38,187 nucleotides of DNA from an uncultured Candidatus Saccharibacteria bacterium (lineage in GTDB: Bacteria > Patescibacteriota > Minisyncoccia > Phycocordibacterales > UBA918). Shown here piece by piece: positions 6,199-15,295 of this stretch (the stretch's first letter is position 1; every line of letters begins with the position of its first letter). The notes under the pieces are model-generated. The model saw only the letters and a list, made by a program, of their open reading frames with translations. It searched no databases and was not told the DNA's origin. Location of the stretch: contig CAZZPW010000003.1 of assembly GCA_964655825.1 (NCBI GenBank), positions 6,109-44,295 on the forward strand. The letters run 5' to 3'. Position numbers and translations under genes: made by a program.

Positions 6199-6873
6199 AT
6201 GCATTTCCACGTCATTACTCTCTTCCCAGACGTCTGTAAGACCTACACCGATTCTAGTATTCTTGGTAGAGCTCAAAAAACAAACAAAGGTACCGGGTCG
6301 AAATCAAAGGGTAAAAAAATTACGGTTGCGTACTACAACCCGCGTGATTTCACCAAAGACAAGCACAAGCGGGTTGATGATCGACCTTATGGGGGTGGGC
6401 CGGGGATGGTGATGCAAGCAGAGCCAATTTTACGGGCGTGGCAAAAAGCGGTGGGGCGCAAGCGCGACCAAAAGAAGGTGAAGACGCTCATCATGTCGCC
6501 CCGGGGCACGCAGCTTACCAATACCCTAGCCAAACAGTACGCCAAAAAATATGACCACCTGGTGCTCATTAGTGGGCGTTATGAAGGTATCGATGCGCGG
6601 GTGAAGCAGGCGCTTAACGCTGAGGAGGTGAGCGTGGGTGATTACGTACTTACCGGCGGGGAGTTGCCAGCTCTTACCATTGTTGATTCAGTCTCACGCC
6701 AAGTGCCAGGGGTACTCGGCACCTTCGAGTCGCTTGAAGACGAGCGGGCGACTACGGGGGAGACGTATACCCGCCCTGAGTCCATAACATTTAAAAATAA
6801 AAAATTTACCGTTCCCGAAGTGTTTCTCTCGGGCAACCACGCCGATATTGAAAAGCGTCGGGCAAAAGAATAG
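6199..6873 (+). CDS. trmD: tRNA (guanine37-N1)-methyltransferase TrmD
   Basis: MHFHVITLFPDV, VDDRPYGGGPGMVM, SGRYEGIDARV and DYVLTGGELPALTIVDSVSRQVPGVLG match TrmD. A Lys-rich ~10-aa insertion sits near residue 30. Confidence 0.93.
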   Translation: MHFHVITLFPDVCKTYTDSSILGRAQKTNKGTGSKSKGKKITVAYYNPRDFTKDKHKRVDDRPYGGGPGMVMQAEPILRAWQKAVGRKRDQKKVKTLIMSPRGTQLTNTLAKQYAKKYDHLVLISGRYEGIDARVKQALNAEEVSVGDYVLTGGELPALTIVDSVSRQVPGVLGTFESLEDERATTGETYTRPESITFKNKKFTVPEVFLSGNHADIEKRRAKE

Positions 6874-6897
6874 CCTGGCACCACATGGTGCCAGGCT
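6872..6897. terminator. 11-bp hairpin overlapping the trmD stop codon
   Basis: AGCCTGGCACC (6872-6882), loop acat, then GGTGCCAGGCT (6887-6897). The T-run (ATTCTTTT) is on the minus-strand side and none is on the plus side. Confidence 0.5.
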
Positions 6898-7265
6898 GTG
6901 CCCTAGGCTTTGGGGTAATCTGGTAGCCAGCGCATTCGGTTTGGGTGCTGGCAATAGCGCCCGACCGTATTATGTTATGCACCCCTTTGCCGAGCTGACT
7001 CGGAATGAAGAGGCGCAACTGCTGCCGTTTGATCTTATGCAGCTTCCGATTTGTAGGATTGATTCGAAACCCCAGCACGGAACGCTCAAATACAACGAGT
7101 GAATCAAGTAACTCACTCAGCCAGCCAGAACGATCCATGAACACGCTTGAAATAAGCTGATGTTTACGAGTCCAGCGAATTTTATGTATAAATCAAGTAT
7201 TAAAACCTGAATTTGTGACTCACGTTTTGCTATTTTGCCTATTGTTAGAGAGCAATGACTAAGAC

Positions 7266-7293
7266 TTGTAAAGATTTACGTCTCTGGTACACC
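7266..7293 (+). promoter_or_regulatory. rpoB promoter P1 (TTGTAA-16-TACACC with a TG extension), inside duplicated 32-nt module 7261-7292
   Basis: TTGTAA at 7266-7271, TGg at 7285-7287, TACACC at 7288-7293. Confidence 0.4.
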
Positions 7294-7337
7294 CGCACAC
7301 TACCTTTTTTCATGTTGCCTGGGGCGACGTCAAAGAC

Positions 7338-7365
7338 TTGCAAAGATTTATGTCTCTGGTACACT
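7338..7365 (+). promoter_or_regulatory. rpoB promoter P2 (TTGCAA-16-TACACT with a TG extension), inside duplicated module 7333-7364
   Basis: TTGCAA at 7338-7343, TGg at 7357-7359, TACACT at 7360-7365. The module is 30/32 identical to 7261-7292. Confidence 0.45.
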
Positions 7366-7516
7366 CTGGCCACTAACGAACTCTGCTGCAAGCGAATGAG
7401 TCACGGACAGGTGGGAAGTAGTTGGTCATGTATTTGTGTGGGGGCCTTCGGGCTCGCGCGCTCTGTCACAATTACGTGATGCAATTAGTAACCGTGCACA
7501 ACTAAAGACACGCGAT

Positions 7517-7550
7517 AAAAGCCATTGGGAATGGGGCTTTTTGTGTGTAT
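7517..7550 (+). terminator. Terminator-like hairpin plus T-rich run about 40 nt upstream of the rpoB ATG (possible attenuator)
   Basis: AAAAGCCATT (7517-7526) pairs with AATGG-gg-CTTTT (7530-7541), leaving a 2-nt bulge. TGTGTGTATTGTTGTGTATTT follows. Confidence 0.45.
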
Positions 7551-7580
7551 TGTTGTGTATTTAACATTCATATCATACCT

Positions 7581-10500
7581 ATGAGTGATGCAGTACAAGG
7601 TGATGCGCTGCGCAGCGGTAAGACCGTTGGCCAGCTCCCCGAGAAAGTGTTCGCGCACGTGCCCGCACCGCGCGTCGAGCTTCCGAACCTCATTGAGCCA
7701 CAGCTCAAGAGCTACGAGTGGCTCGTAACTGATGGTATTAAGGAAATTCTGAAAGAGTTTTCGCCAATCGCCGATTATTCAGAAAAGAAGTTCGAACTCG
7801 AATTTAAAAAGTACGAACTGGGTGCCCCAAAGTGTACCCCGGAGTTTGCCAAGGCCAATAAACTTACCTACGACGCGCCGCTACGGGCAACGGTAATTCT
7901 CAAGAATAAAACCTTCGACTCAGAGAAAGATCAGGAGATTTTCTTTGCCGACGTACCGGTAATGACCGAGCACGGCACCTTTATCATTAATGGGGTTGAG
8001 CGCGTGATTGTCCCGCAGCTGGCGCGTAGCTACGGTATTTTCTACACGTCTAACGATATCAAAGGTCGCACCTTCTTTGGTGCCAAGCTTATTCCTGCCC
8101 GCGGCGCGTGGGTCGAGATTGAGTCTGAGGCCGACGGACTGATTTACGTAAAAATTGACCGTAAGAAGAAGTTCCCAATCAGCTCACTGCTGCGAGTGTT
8201 CGGTCTTGAGAAAGACGAGGACATGATAAAGCTCTTTAAAGACGTTGAGCGCGGCGAAGAGTACATGAAGGCAACACTAGCCAAGGACCCAGCCAAAACA
8301 GTTGACGATTCGTACCTAGAAATCTATAAGCGCCTCCGTGACGGTGACTTGGCGACGATTGATAGTGCGAAGGAATTCGTCGACTCTATCTTCAGTGAGC
8401 AGCGGTATGACCTTTCAGAAATTGGTCGCCACCACTTTAACGAGCGCAACGGTCGCTCAACCGATGCCAAGGCAACTGCTGAGCGCACGGTAAGTCTTGA
8501 TGACTTAAAAATTGTCATCGAAGGCATCATTGAAAAGAACCACACCCCAAACGCACTGCCAGACGATATCGATCACCTTGGATTCCGTCGCGTGCGGTAC
8601 TTTGGCGAGATGCTGCAGCAGCGAATGCGTGTAGGTATGACCCGCATGAAGCGCAACATCCAAGACCGGATGAGTACGATTGAAGCAGAAACTTCTCTAC
8701 CGATTCAGATTCTTAACCCGCGCCCACTCCAGGCGGCAATTAAGGAATTCTTCACCACCAATCAGCTGTCGCAGTTTATGCCGCAACAGAACGTACTCTC
8801 TGAGCTCGAAGGGTTGCGCACCATGTCGGCGCTCGGTCCGGGTGGTCTCACGCGAGAGCGCGCCGGCTTTGAAGTGCGCGACGTTCACACGAGTCACTAC
8901 GGGCGACTGTGTCCGATTCATACGCCAGAGGGACCAAACATTGGTCTCATTCTCCGTTTATCGATGTACGCTCGAGTAAACCGGTTTGGCATTATCGAGA
9001 CACCGTACGCGAAGGTCACCAAAGGAGTCGTGACCGACGAAATCGTTTACCTTAACGCACACGAAGAAGAGCAGTACACCATTGGTCACGCGGGTCTACC
9101 GATCGACGATAAGGGTAAGATTAAAGAAACCTTGGTAGAGGCTCGACGCGGCGGTGAGCCACGAGTGGTCGACGTCAAAGATGTCGAGTACATGGACGTA
9201 GCTACCAACCAAGCCTTTTCTGTTGCGACGTCGATGATTCCGTTTTTGAACCACGACGACGCCAACCGTACCTTGATGGGTTCAAACATGCAGAAGCAGG
9301 CAACCCCGTGTGTGTTGCCTGAGGCACCGATTGTGTCGACCGGTATTGAAAAAATGGCGGCGCTCGACACCGGCCGGGTACTCATTGCGCGCGAGGCGGG
9401 TGAGGTACTCGAAGTCGATGCTGAGCACATTGTGGTAAAGACCAAGGACGGTAAGAAAGATGAGTACCCCCTTAGTACCATTCAGAAGACGAATGACTTC
9501 TCGGCATTCTACCACCGACCGGCAGTAGCCGTAGGACAAAAGGTAAAACGCGGTGACTTGCTCGCTGATACCACATCGACCGATAACGGCAAGATGGCTG
9601 TCGGACAAAACGCACTGGTGGCGTTTATGAGCTGGAGCGGGGCGAACTACGAGGACGCGATTGTGATTTCTGAGCGGTTAGTAAAAGAGAGTAAGTTCTC
9701 AACTATTCACCTCGAAGAATTCGACGTGGCCGTCCGCGACACCAAGCTTGGTCCTGAGGTAACTACTCCCGATATCCCTAATGTGTCGGAGATGAAGCTC
9801 CGTAACCTCGATGAGAACGGTGTCATCCGTGTCGGAGCCGAAGTCCGTGCAGGCGATATTTTGGTCGGTAAGGTAACTCCTAAAGGTGAGACGCAGCTGA
9901 CCCCAGAAGAGCGACTCCTACGCTCAATCTTCGGTGAAAAAGCTAAAGATGTAAAAGATACTAGTCTTCGTCTCGAGGCCGGCAAGAAGGGGCGCATTAT
10001 CGGCGTGAAAGTATTTACTCGCGAGAATGGTGATAATCTCGAGAGTGGCGTCATTAAGCGTATCCACATTACCGTAGCGCAAATTCGTAACGTATCGGTT
10101 GGTGATAAGCTGGCTGGGCGACACGGTAACAAGGGCGTTATCTCGCGTATCCTGCCCGAGGAAGATATGCCATTTACGGAAGATGGTCGATCGGTGGATA
10201 TTCTCCTTACACCACTAGGTGTACCGAGTCGTATGAACCTCGGCCAAATTCTTGAGCTGCACCTTGGTATGGCGGCTAATACTCTCGAGTATCAGGCAGT
10301 CGTACCACCATTTGCGGGAGCCTCAGAAGACGATGTGAAAGCCGAGCTTAAAGCAGCCGGTCTCCCCGAGGATGGAAAAATCCAGCTCCGTGACGGTCGT
10401 ACTGGTGAAGAGTTTGCGAAGAAGACCGCGCTCGGCTACATGTACATCTTGAAGCTGCACCACATGGTGGAAGATAAGATTCACATGCGGTCGATTGGTC

Positions 10501-10814
10501 CATACAGCCTTATTACCCAGCAACCGCTTGGTGGTAAAGCGCAAATTGGTGGACAGCGCTTTGGAGAAATGGAGGTCTGGGCACTCCTCGGCTACGGTGC
10601 CGCCTACACCCTGCGAGAGATGCTCACTATTAAGTCAGACGATATTGTGGGACGTTCGGCTGCCTTTGACGCCATTGTGCGTGGCGAGCAGATTAGCCAC
10701 CCACACACCCCGGCGGCCTTTAACGTACTCGTAAACCAATTGAAAGGTCTTGCGCTCGACGTCAAATTAGCCCGCGATATTGACTCTGGGATTGAGTCAC
10801 ATCGCAACGATTAG
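7581..10814 (+). CDS. rpoB: DNA-directed RNA polymerase beta subunit
   Basis: 1077 aa counted from ATG 7581 (MSDAVQGD). Hallmarks are GDKLAGRHGNKGVISRI, RFGEMEVWAL and LGPGGLTRERAGFEVRDVH. Confidence 0.97.
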   Translation: MSDAVQGDALRSGKTVGQLPEKVFAHVPAPRVELPNLIEPQLKSYEWLVTDGIKEILKEFSPIADYSEKKFELEFKKYELGAPKCTPEFAKANKLTYDAPLRATVILKNKTFDSEKDQEIFFADVPVMTEHGTFIINGVERVIVPQLARSYGIFYTSNDIKGRTFFGAKLIPARGAWVEIESEADGLIYVKIDRKKKFPISSLLRVFGLEKDEDMIKLFKDVERGEEYMKATLAKDPAKTVDDSYLEIYKRLRDGDLATIDSAKEFVDSIFSEQRYDLSEIGRHHFNERNGRSTDAKATAERTVSLDDLKIVIEGIIEKNHTPNALPDDIDHLGFRRVRYFGEMLQQRMRVGMTRMKRNIQDRMSTIEAETSLPIQILNPRPLQAAIKEFFTTNQLSQFMPQQNVLSELEGLRTMSALGPGGLTRERAGFEVRDVHTSHYGRLCPIHTPEGPNIGLILRLSMYARVNRFGIIETPYAKVTKGVVTDEIVYLNAHEEEQYTIGHAGLPIDDKGKIKETLVEARRGGEPRVVDVKDVEYMDVATNQAFSVATSMIPFLNHDDANRTLMGSNMQKQATPCVLPEAPIVSTGIEKMAALDTGRVLIAREAGEVLEVDAEHIVVKTKDGKKDEYPLSTIQKTNDFSAFYHRPAVAVGQKVKRGDLLADTTSTDNGKMAVGQNALVAFMSWSGANYEDAIVISERLVKESKFSTIHLEEFDVAVRDTKLGPEVTTPDIPNVSEMKLRNLDENGVIRVGAEVRAGDILVGKVTPKGETQLTPEERLLRSIFGEKAKDVKDTSLRLEAGKKGRIIGVKVFTRENGDNLESGVIKRIHITVAQIRNVSVGDKLAGRHGNKGVISRILPEEDMPFTEDGRSVDILLTPLGVPSRMNLGQILELHLGMAANTLEYQAVVPPFAGASEDDVKAELKAAGLPEDGKIQLRDGRTGEEFAKKTALGYMYILKLHHMVEDKIHMRSIGPYSLITQQPLGGKAQIGGQRFGEMEVWALLGYGAAYTLREMLTIKSDDIVGRSAAFDAIVRGEQISHPHTPAAFNVLVNQLKGLALDVKLARDIDSGIESHRND

Positions 10815-10837
10815 TAACCACTCGTAATACATTCACT

Positions 10838-13800
10838 ATGGCAACAGAAACAAACAACGAGACAAACACCGCGGCAGCGCCAACTAAGCGCCCACGTCGC
10901 AAACCAGCTGACCTCAGCGAGGTAAGTCTGAAGCTGGCGGCGCCCGATAGTATCCTCGAGTGGTCCCACGGCGAGGTCACCAAGCCAGAGACGATTAACT
11001 ACCGCACCCAGCGGCCAGAGAAGCACGGACTATTCGATGAGCGCATTTTTGGCCCCGTCGAAGACTTTGAGTGTTCGTGTAAGAAGTATCGTGGTATTCG
11101 GTATAAGGGTATTGAGTGTGAGAAGTGTGGGGTCGAAGTAACGCGAGCCATCGTTCGACGCGAGCGAATGGGACACATTGAGTTGTGTGTACCGGTCTCG
11201 CACATCTGGTTTTTGCGTGGGGTACCGAGCCGCATCGCGCTCATTCTTGGTATCACGGCCGCATCAATCGAGAAGGTAATCTACTTTGCCGGCTACATCA
11301 TTACGAACGTGTCGGAAACCGAGCGGGCACGACTCCTCAGTGAGCTCGAGACTGAGTACAAGACAAAGCTGAAGGAGCTCAACAACGATGATGCCAAGGT
11401 GGCACTCAAGGAGCGCGCCGACGAAACCAAAAAAGAAATCGAGCGCATTAAGCAGGGCACCGTACTCGATGAGAACGACTTCCACAAGTTCTCGATGAAG
11501 TACTCAAACCTCTTTGAAGCCAAGATCGGCGCAGAGAGTGTGTACGAACTGTTTAAAAACATCGATCTCGAAGCTTTACGCACCCGTCTTGAAGAAGAGC
11601 GTACGAAGGCAGGAGCGGCTGAGCGCGTTAAGCTCGACAAGCGTCTCTCGCTCATTCGCGGTATGGTGCACGCCGGCGTACGTCCGGAATGGATGTTTCT
11701 CACCCGTATTCCGGTCATTCCACCAGCGCTGCGACCGATGGTGGCGCTTGAGGGTGGTCGCCATGCCAGCTCAGACCTAAACGATCTTTACCGGCGGGTT
11801 ATCAACCGTAATAACCGATTGAAGAAACTGATCGATATTATGGCACCGGATGTGATTCTCCGAAACGAGAAGCGTATCTTGCAAGAGGCAGTCGATGCTC
11901 TTATCGACAACTCAATCCGTCATGGTAATACGGCCTACTCGGCGATGAGTCAGGCGCAGCGCCGACCGCTCAAGTCGCTGTCAGATTACCTCAAGAGTAA
12001 GCAGGGGTACTTCCGCCAGAACCTCCTCGGTAAGCGAGTCGACTACTCGGGGCGCTCCGTCATTGTGATCGGTCCGGAGCTCGATCTTGACGAATGTGGT
12101 CTACCGAAGCACATGGCGCTGGAACTATTCCGCCCATTTGTAATTGCGGAATTGCTTCGCCAAGAACTGGCCTATAACATTCGTGGAGCTGGCCGACTCA
12201 TTGAAGATGGGGTGCCCGAGGTATGGGCAATCCTTGAAGATGTGATTGACGGTAAACATGTGCTCTTAAACCGTGCACCAACACTCCACCGGCAGGGTAT
12301 TCAGGCATTTCGCCCGGTCCTCATTGAAGGTAACGCAATTCAGGTACACCCACTCGTGTGTCGTGCCTTTAACGCCGACTTTGATGGCGACCAGATGGCA
12401 GTCCACGTACCGCTCTCTGAAGAGGCACAGCTGGAGGCAGCCGAGATTATCTCAGCGAACAAAAATATCCTTAAACCAGGTTCGAGCGAACCAGTAGTGT
12501 CTGAGAAACTCTTGGATATGGCTCTCGGTGCCTACTGGATGACGAAAGCCATTGATGGTGCGCATGGTGAAGGTAAGTACTTCAGCTCACCTAACGATGC
12601 GATTAACGCGTATGACTACAACTTGGTCGACTTCCGCGCCAAGATTAAGGTGCTCGCCACTGATACACCAAAGTACGCTCAGTACGAAGGGCAACTCTTT
12701 GAGACGACTGTCGGTCGGCTACTCTTTAACTCGGTGTTACCAAGTGACCATCCCTTCATTAACGATACGGTCGTACAAAAAACGTTGTTCCAGATTATCA
12801 TCGATATTATCGATGACCGTGGTACTGATGCGGTACCGCCGATTGTCGATAAACTGAAGCGCTTTGGGTTCCAGTACGCAACCGTATCTGGTACTACTTG
12901 GGGAATTGACGACGTTATCGTCCCGGTGGACAAAGACAAGGTGGTCGTCGGTGCGCGCGAAGAGGAGCAGCGCGTGTATGACTTCTTCAATGAAGGACTC
13001 ATTTCTCGAGCTGAACGTCGCCGCATGATTGTCGATATTTGGCACAAAGCAAAAAGTGATATCGAGCAGCTGCTACCAGAAACACTCGATGAGCACGGCT
13101 CAGCCTACGAGATGTGGAAGTCGGGTGCGCGTGGTTCGATGGGGCAAATTGCGATGATGGCCGGTATGAAAGGGCTGATTGTAAACACTCGTGGTGAGAC
13201 GCTTGAGACGCCCGTTATTTCTTCGATGAAAGAGGGACTCTCACCAATTGAGTACTTCAACACCACCCACGGTTCGCGTAAAGGATTGGCTGATACTGCC
13301 CTGCAGACGGCTAAAGCCGGCTACCTGACCCGCCGTCTCTTCGTGGTCGCGCAAGACGCTATTGTGACCGAGGCCGATTGTAAGACTAAGGCTGGCACGC
13401 AAATCAATCGGATTTCTGCTTCTGGTATTGAAATTGCGTTCTCGAAAGCCATCAAGGGTCGCGTGCTCGCTGAAGATGCGGCTGACACTAAGGGTACCGT
13501 GCTCTTCAAAAAAGGACATATGCTCAGTCGCCGCGACGCCATTGCGGTAGAGGAGAGTACTTGCGAGACGGTCGTCGTACGCTCACCGATGACCTGTAAG
13601 ACCCTCCGGGGCGTGTGTCAGCAGTGTTACGGTATCGATCTTACCACCAACAAACTGGTTGATATCGGTGAAGCGGTGGGTACGGTGGCTGCGCAAGCGA
13701 TTGGCGAGCCAGGTACCCAGCTAACGATGAATACGAAGCACGCCGGTGGTGCAGCGAGTCAGGGTGGTGACGTAACGCAAGGTCTTCCGCGTGTAGAGGA

Positions 13801-14542
13801 GGTCTTTGAGAAGCGGCAACCTAAGATTCCGGCAGTTGTCGCGAAGCACACGGGTGTTATTTCAGAAATTCGTCGCGAGGGTAATGGGCGTGTCATCGTG
13901 ATGGCACCAGATATGAATGCACCTGGTGCACCAAAGAAGAAGGACAATGTCGAGTACGAAGTGTCACCTCGTCGTGTGGTTACTGTCGGTAAAGGCGATA
14001 CGGTACAGGCCGGACAGCTGATGACCGACGGTTCAGCGCACCTCCCGGAACTCTTCAAGTTTGGTGGGGTTGAACCAACCCAGGATTACATTATTTCTGA
14101 GATTAATAAAATCTACGAACTACAAGGTGTAACCATTGCCCGTAAGCATATCGAGCTGATTGTGAAGCAAATGATGAGTCGTGTGAAGATTACGCTCGCG
14201 GGCGACTCACACTTTACGCCGGGCGAGATTGTCGAAGAGTGGATCTACGTTGACACCAACAACAAACTCAAAGACGCTGGCAAAGAGGGTGCGAAAGGTG
14301 AGAAACTCATCACCGGTATTACAGAGAGCTCGCTCTCACGTAAGAGCTTCCTGTCGGCTGCCTCATTCCAAAACACGACCCGCGTCCTCATTAACGCGGC
14401 GGTGAAGGGGAGTGAAGATAGCCTGGCTGGTCTGATGGAAAACGTTATCATCGGCCGCCTTATCCCCGCTGGTACTGGTTTTGCCGGTAGTGAGAAGCAG
14501 GAGATGATTGCCTCGATTCAGACAACTGAAGACGAAGCGTAG
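10838..14542 (+). CDS. rpoC: DNA-directed RNA polymerase beta-prime subunit
   Basis: 1234 aa. It has the active-site motif [12 protein letters not shown], the zinc-finger CSCKKY...CEKCGVEV, and the bridge-helix region [15 protein letters not shown]. It begins 23 nt after the rpoB stop. Confidence 0.97.
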   Translation: MATETNNETNTAAAPTKRPRRKPADLSEVSLKLAAPDSILEWSHGEVTKPETINYRTQRPEKHGLFDERIFGPVEDFECSCKKYRGIRYKGIECEKCGVEVTRAIVRRERMGHIELCVPVSHIWFLRGVPSRIALILGITAASIEKVIYFAGYIITNVSETERARLLSELETEYKTKLKELNNDDAKVALKERADETKKEIERIKQGTVLDENDFHKFSMKYSNLFEAKIGAESVYELFKNIDLEALRTRLEEERTKAGAAERVKLDKRLSLIRGMVHAGVRPEWMFLTRIPVIPPALRPMVALEGGRHASSDLNDLYRRVINRNNRLKKLIDIMAPDVILRNEKRILQEAVDALIDNSIRHGNTAYSAMSQAQRRPLKSLSDYLKSKQGYFRQNLLGKRVDYSGRSVIVIGPELDLDECGLPKHMALELFRPFVIAELLRQELAYNIRGAGRLIEDGVPEVWAILEDVIDGKHVLLNRAPTLHRQGIQAFRPVLIEGNAIQVHPLVCRAFNADFDGDQMAVHVPLSEEAQLEAAEIISANKNILKPGSSEPVVSEKLLDMALGAYWMTKAIDGAHGEGKYFSSPNDAINAYDYNLVDFRAKIKVLATDTPKYAQYEGQLFETTVGRLLFNSVLPSDHPFINDTVVQKTLFQIIIDIIDDRGTDAVPPIVDKLKRFGFQYATVSGTTWGIDDVIVPVDKDKVVVGAREEEQRVYDFFNEGLISRAERRRMIVDIWHKAKSDIEQLLPETLDEHGSAYEMWKSGARGSMGQIAMMAGMKGLIVNTRGETLETPVISSMKEGLSPIEYFNTTHGSRKGLADTALQTAKAGYLTRRLFVVAQDAIVTEADCKTKAGTQINRISASGIEIAFSKAIKGRVLAEDAADTKGTVLFKKGHMLSRRDAIAVEESTCETVVVRSPMTCKTLRGVCQQCYGIDLTTNKLVDIGEAVGTVAAQAIGEPGTQLTMNTKHAGGAASQGGDVTQGLPRVEEVFEKRQPKIPAVVAKHTGVISEIRREGNGRVIVMAPDMNAPGAPKKKDNVEYEVSPRRVVTVGKGDTVQAGQLMTDGSAHLPELFKFGGVEPTQDYIISEINKIYELQGVTIARKHIELIVKQMMSRVKITLAGDSHFTPGEIVEEWIYVDTNNKLKDAGKEGAKGEKLITGITESSLSRKSFLSAASFQNTTRVLINAAVKGSEDSLAGLMENVIIGRLIPAGTGFAGSEKQEMIASIQTTEDEA

Positions 14543-14609
14543 CTTCCTCCGTTTCTGTCGCTATTGCATAGGCTTACGCAAGACTAAGCAGTGACAAATT
14601 GTATCGCAT

Positions 14610-14639
14610 AAAAACACCAGGCACTGCCTGGTGTTTTTT
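14610..14639. terminator. Bidirectional rho-independent terminator between rpoC and the convergent frameshifted gene
   Basis: AAAAACACCAGG / CCTGGTGTTTTT, with an A-run upstream and a T-run downstream. Confidence 0.75.
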
Positions 14640-14663
14640 AGTAATTAAAAAAATCTCACCCGA

Positions 14664-15199
14664 CTAGCGGGAGAGGTGGGTTAGATATGCGGGTAGCTCG
14701 CGGGGCTGCACCCACACGCGAATCTCTTGGGTCTTTGCCTGTTGGTAGAGCTTCAAGAAATGTTCTTTCCAGCTAACAAATCCTTTTGCTCCACCAACGA
14801 CGGTGAAGCAACCTTCAGTCATGGCTGGTCCATGGTGGAACATGACTGCACTGCGTACGTCAGGCCCTTCGCCACGTAGGTGGTACCGATTGCGATATTC
14901 GGGTCATACAGCCGCAAGCCAAACGGAAAAAGTTCTGTCTTATCATGAACAACCGCATGATATGGCCGACCCGGGCGAGATGGTGGGCACTCACACGTTT
15001 TCCCGTACCGTTCTAAGACGCCACCAAAGAGTGCAGCCGATGAATCACGAGTGACTGCAAAATTGATCACGTTACTACCGTCCGCATAACTCATATGTGC
15101 CTTATACGTGTGTACAAAGCGTAACTGACCTTGTCGGCGCAGCTCAGAGTACAAGCCGGCTCGTCCTACCACGCTATTGGTGATTTCAATCCAGATCAT
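14664..15199 (-). pseudogene. Frameshifted gene for a YkuD-fold (L,D-transpeptidase / Tlde1-DUF2778-like) protein
   Basis: ATG 15199 has GGAGG (15205-15209) 5 nt upstream. Frame 1 stops at TGA 14819-14821. The -1 frame is open from 14903 to TAG 14664-14666 and encodes PDVRSAVMFHHGPAMTEGCFTVVGGAKGF, an H..(S/T)xGC catalytic-type signature. The total span of 536 nt equals 3n-1. Confidence 0.5.
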
Positions 15200-15280
15200 T
15201 TTCACCTCCAAAGAGCATTTACCAATAAAACTACGAAAGATTCAGTGATGTTGCAAGGTGTGCGCCGGGTCGGTTTCCGG

Positions 15281-15286
15281 TACAAT
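15281..15286 (+). promoter_or_regulatory. -10 box TACAAT, 9 nt upstream of the dnaG ATG
   Basis: cggTACAATgcttgtactATG, with no Shine-Dalgarno sequence. Confidence 0.35.
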
Positions 15287-15295
15287 GCTTGTACT

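Noticed and set aside
6806-7144. 112-aa minus-strand ORF between trmD and rpoB
   Set aside because: It runs through the 6872-6897 hairpin and 68 nt into trmD, has no SD, and I recognise no family. The region is kept as a finding, not as a gene call.
7255-7479. 74-aa plus-strand ORF (MTKTCKDLRLWYT...)
   Set aside because: Its internal repeat TCKDL[RC]LWYT is just the translation of the duplicated promoter module. It lies in the rpoB leader.
2291-14451. Numerous 60-150-aa ORFs antisense to or out of frame with rnr, rpoB and rpoC (for example 2666-3121, 9086-9481, 9707-10132, 11293-11718, 12679-13047)
   Set aside because: They lie entirely inside long, motif-verified genes, have biased Ser/Arg/Pro-rich shadow composition, and show no start-site signals.
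14819-14821. TGA read as a sense codon (alternative genetic code) to explain the truncated YkuD-like ORF
   Set aside because: Read-through in frame yields a stop 22 codons later and misses the HxxxxxxxGC signature, which lies in the -1 frame. TGA also terminates well-supported genes here (ABC ATPase at 30277-30279, the barstar-like ORF).
15131-15295. N-terminal extension of dnaG (627-aa version from TTG 15131)
   Set aside because: The extension overlaps the divergent YkuD-like gene start and the intergenic promoter region. The conserved primase N-terminus begins at ATG 15296.
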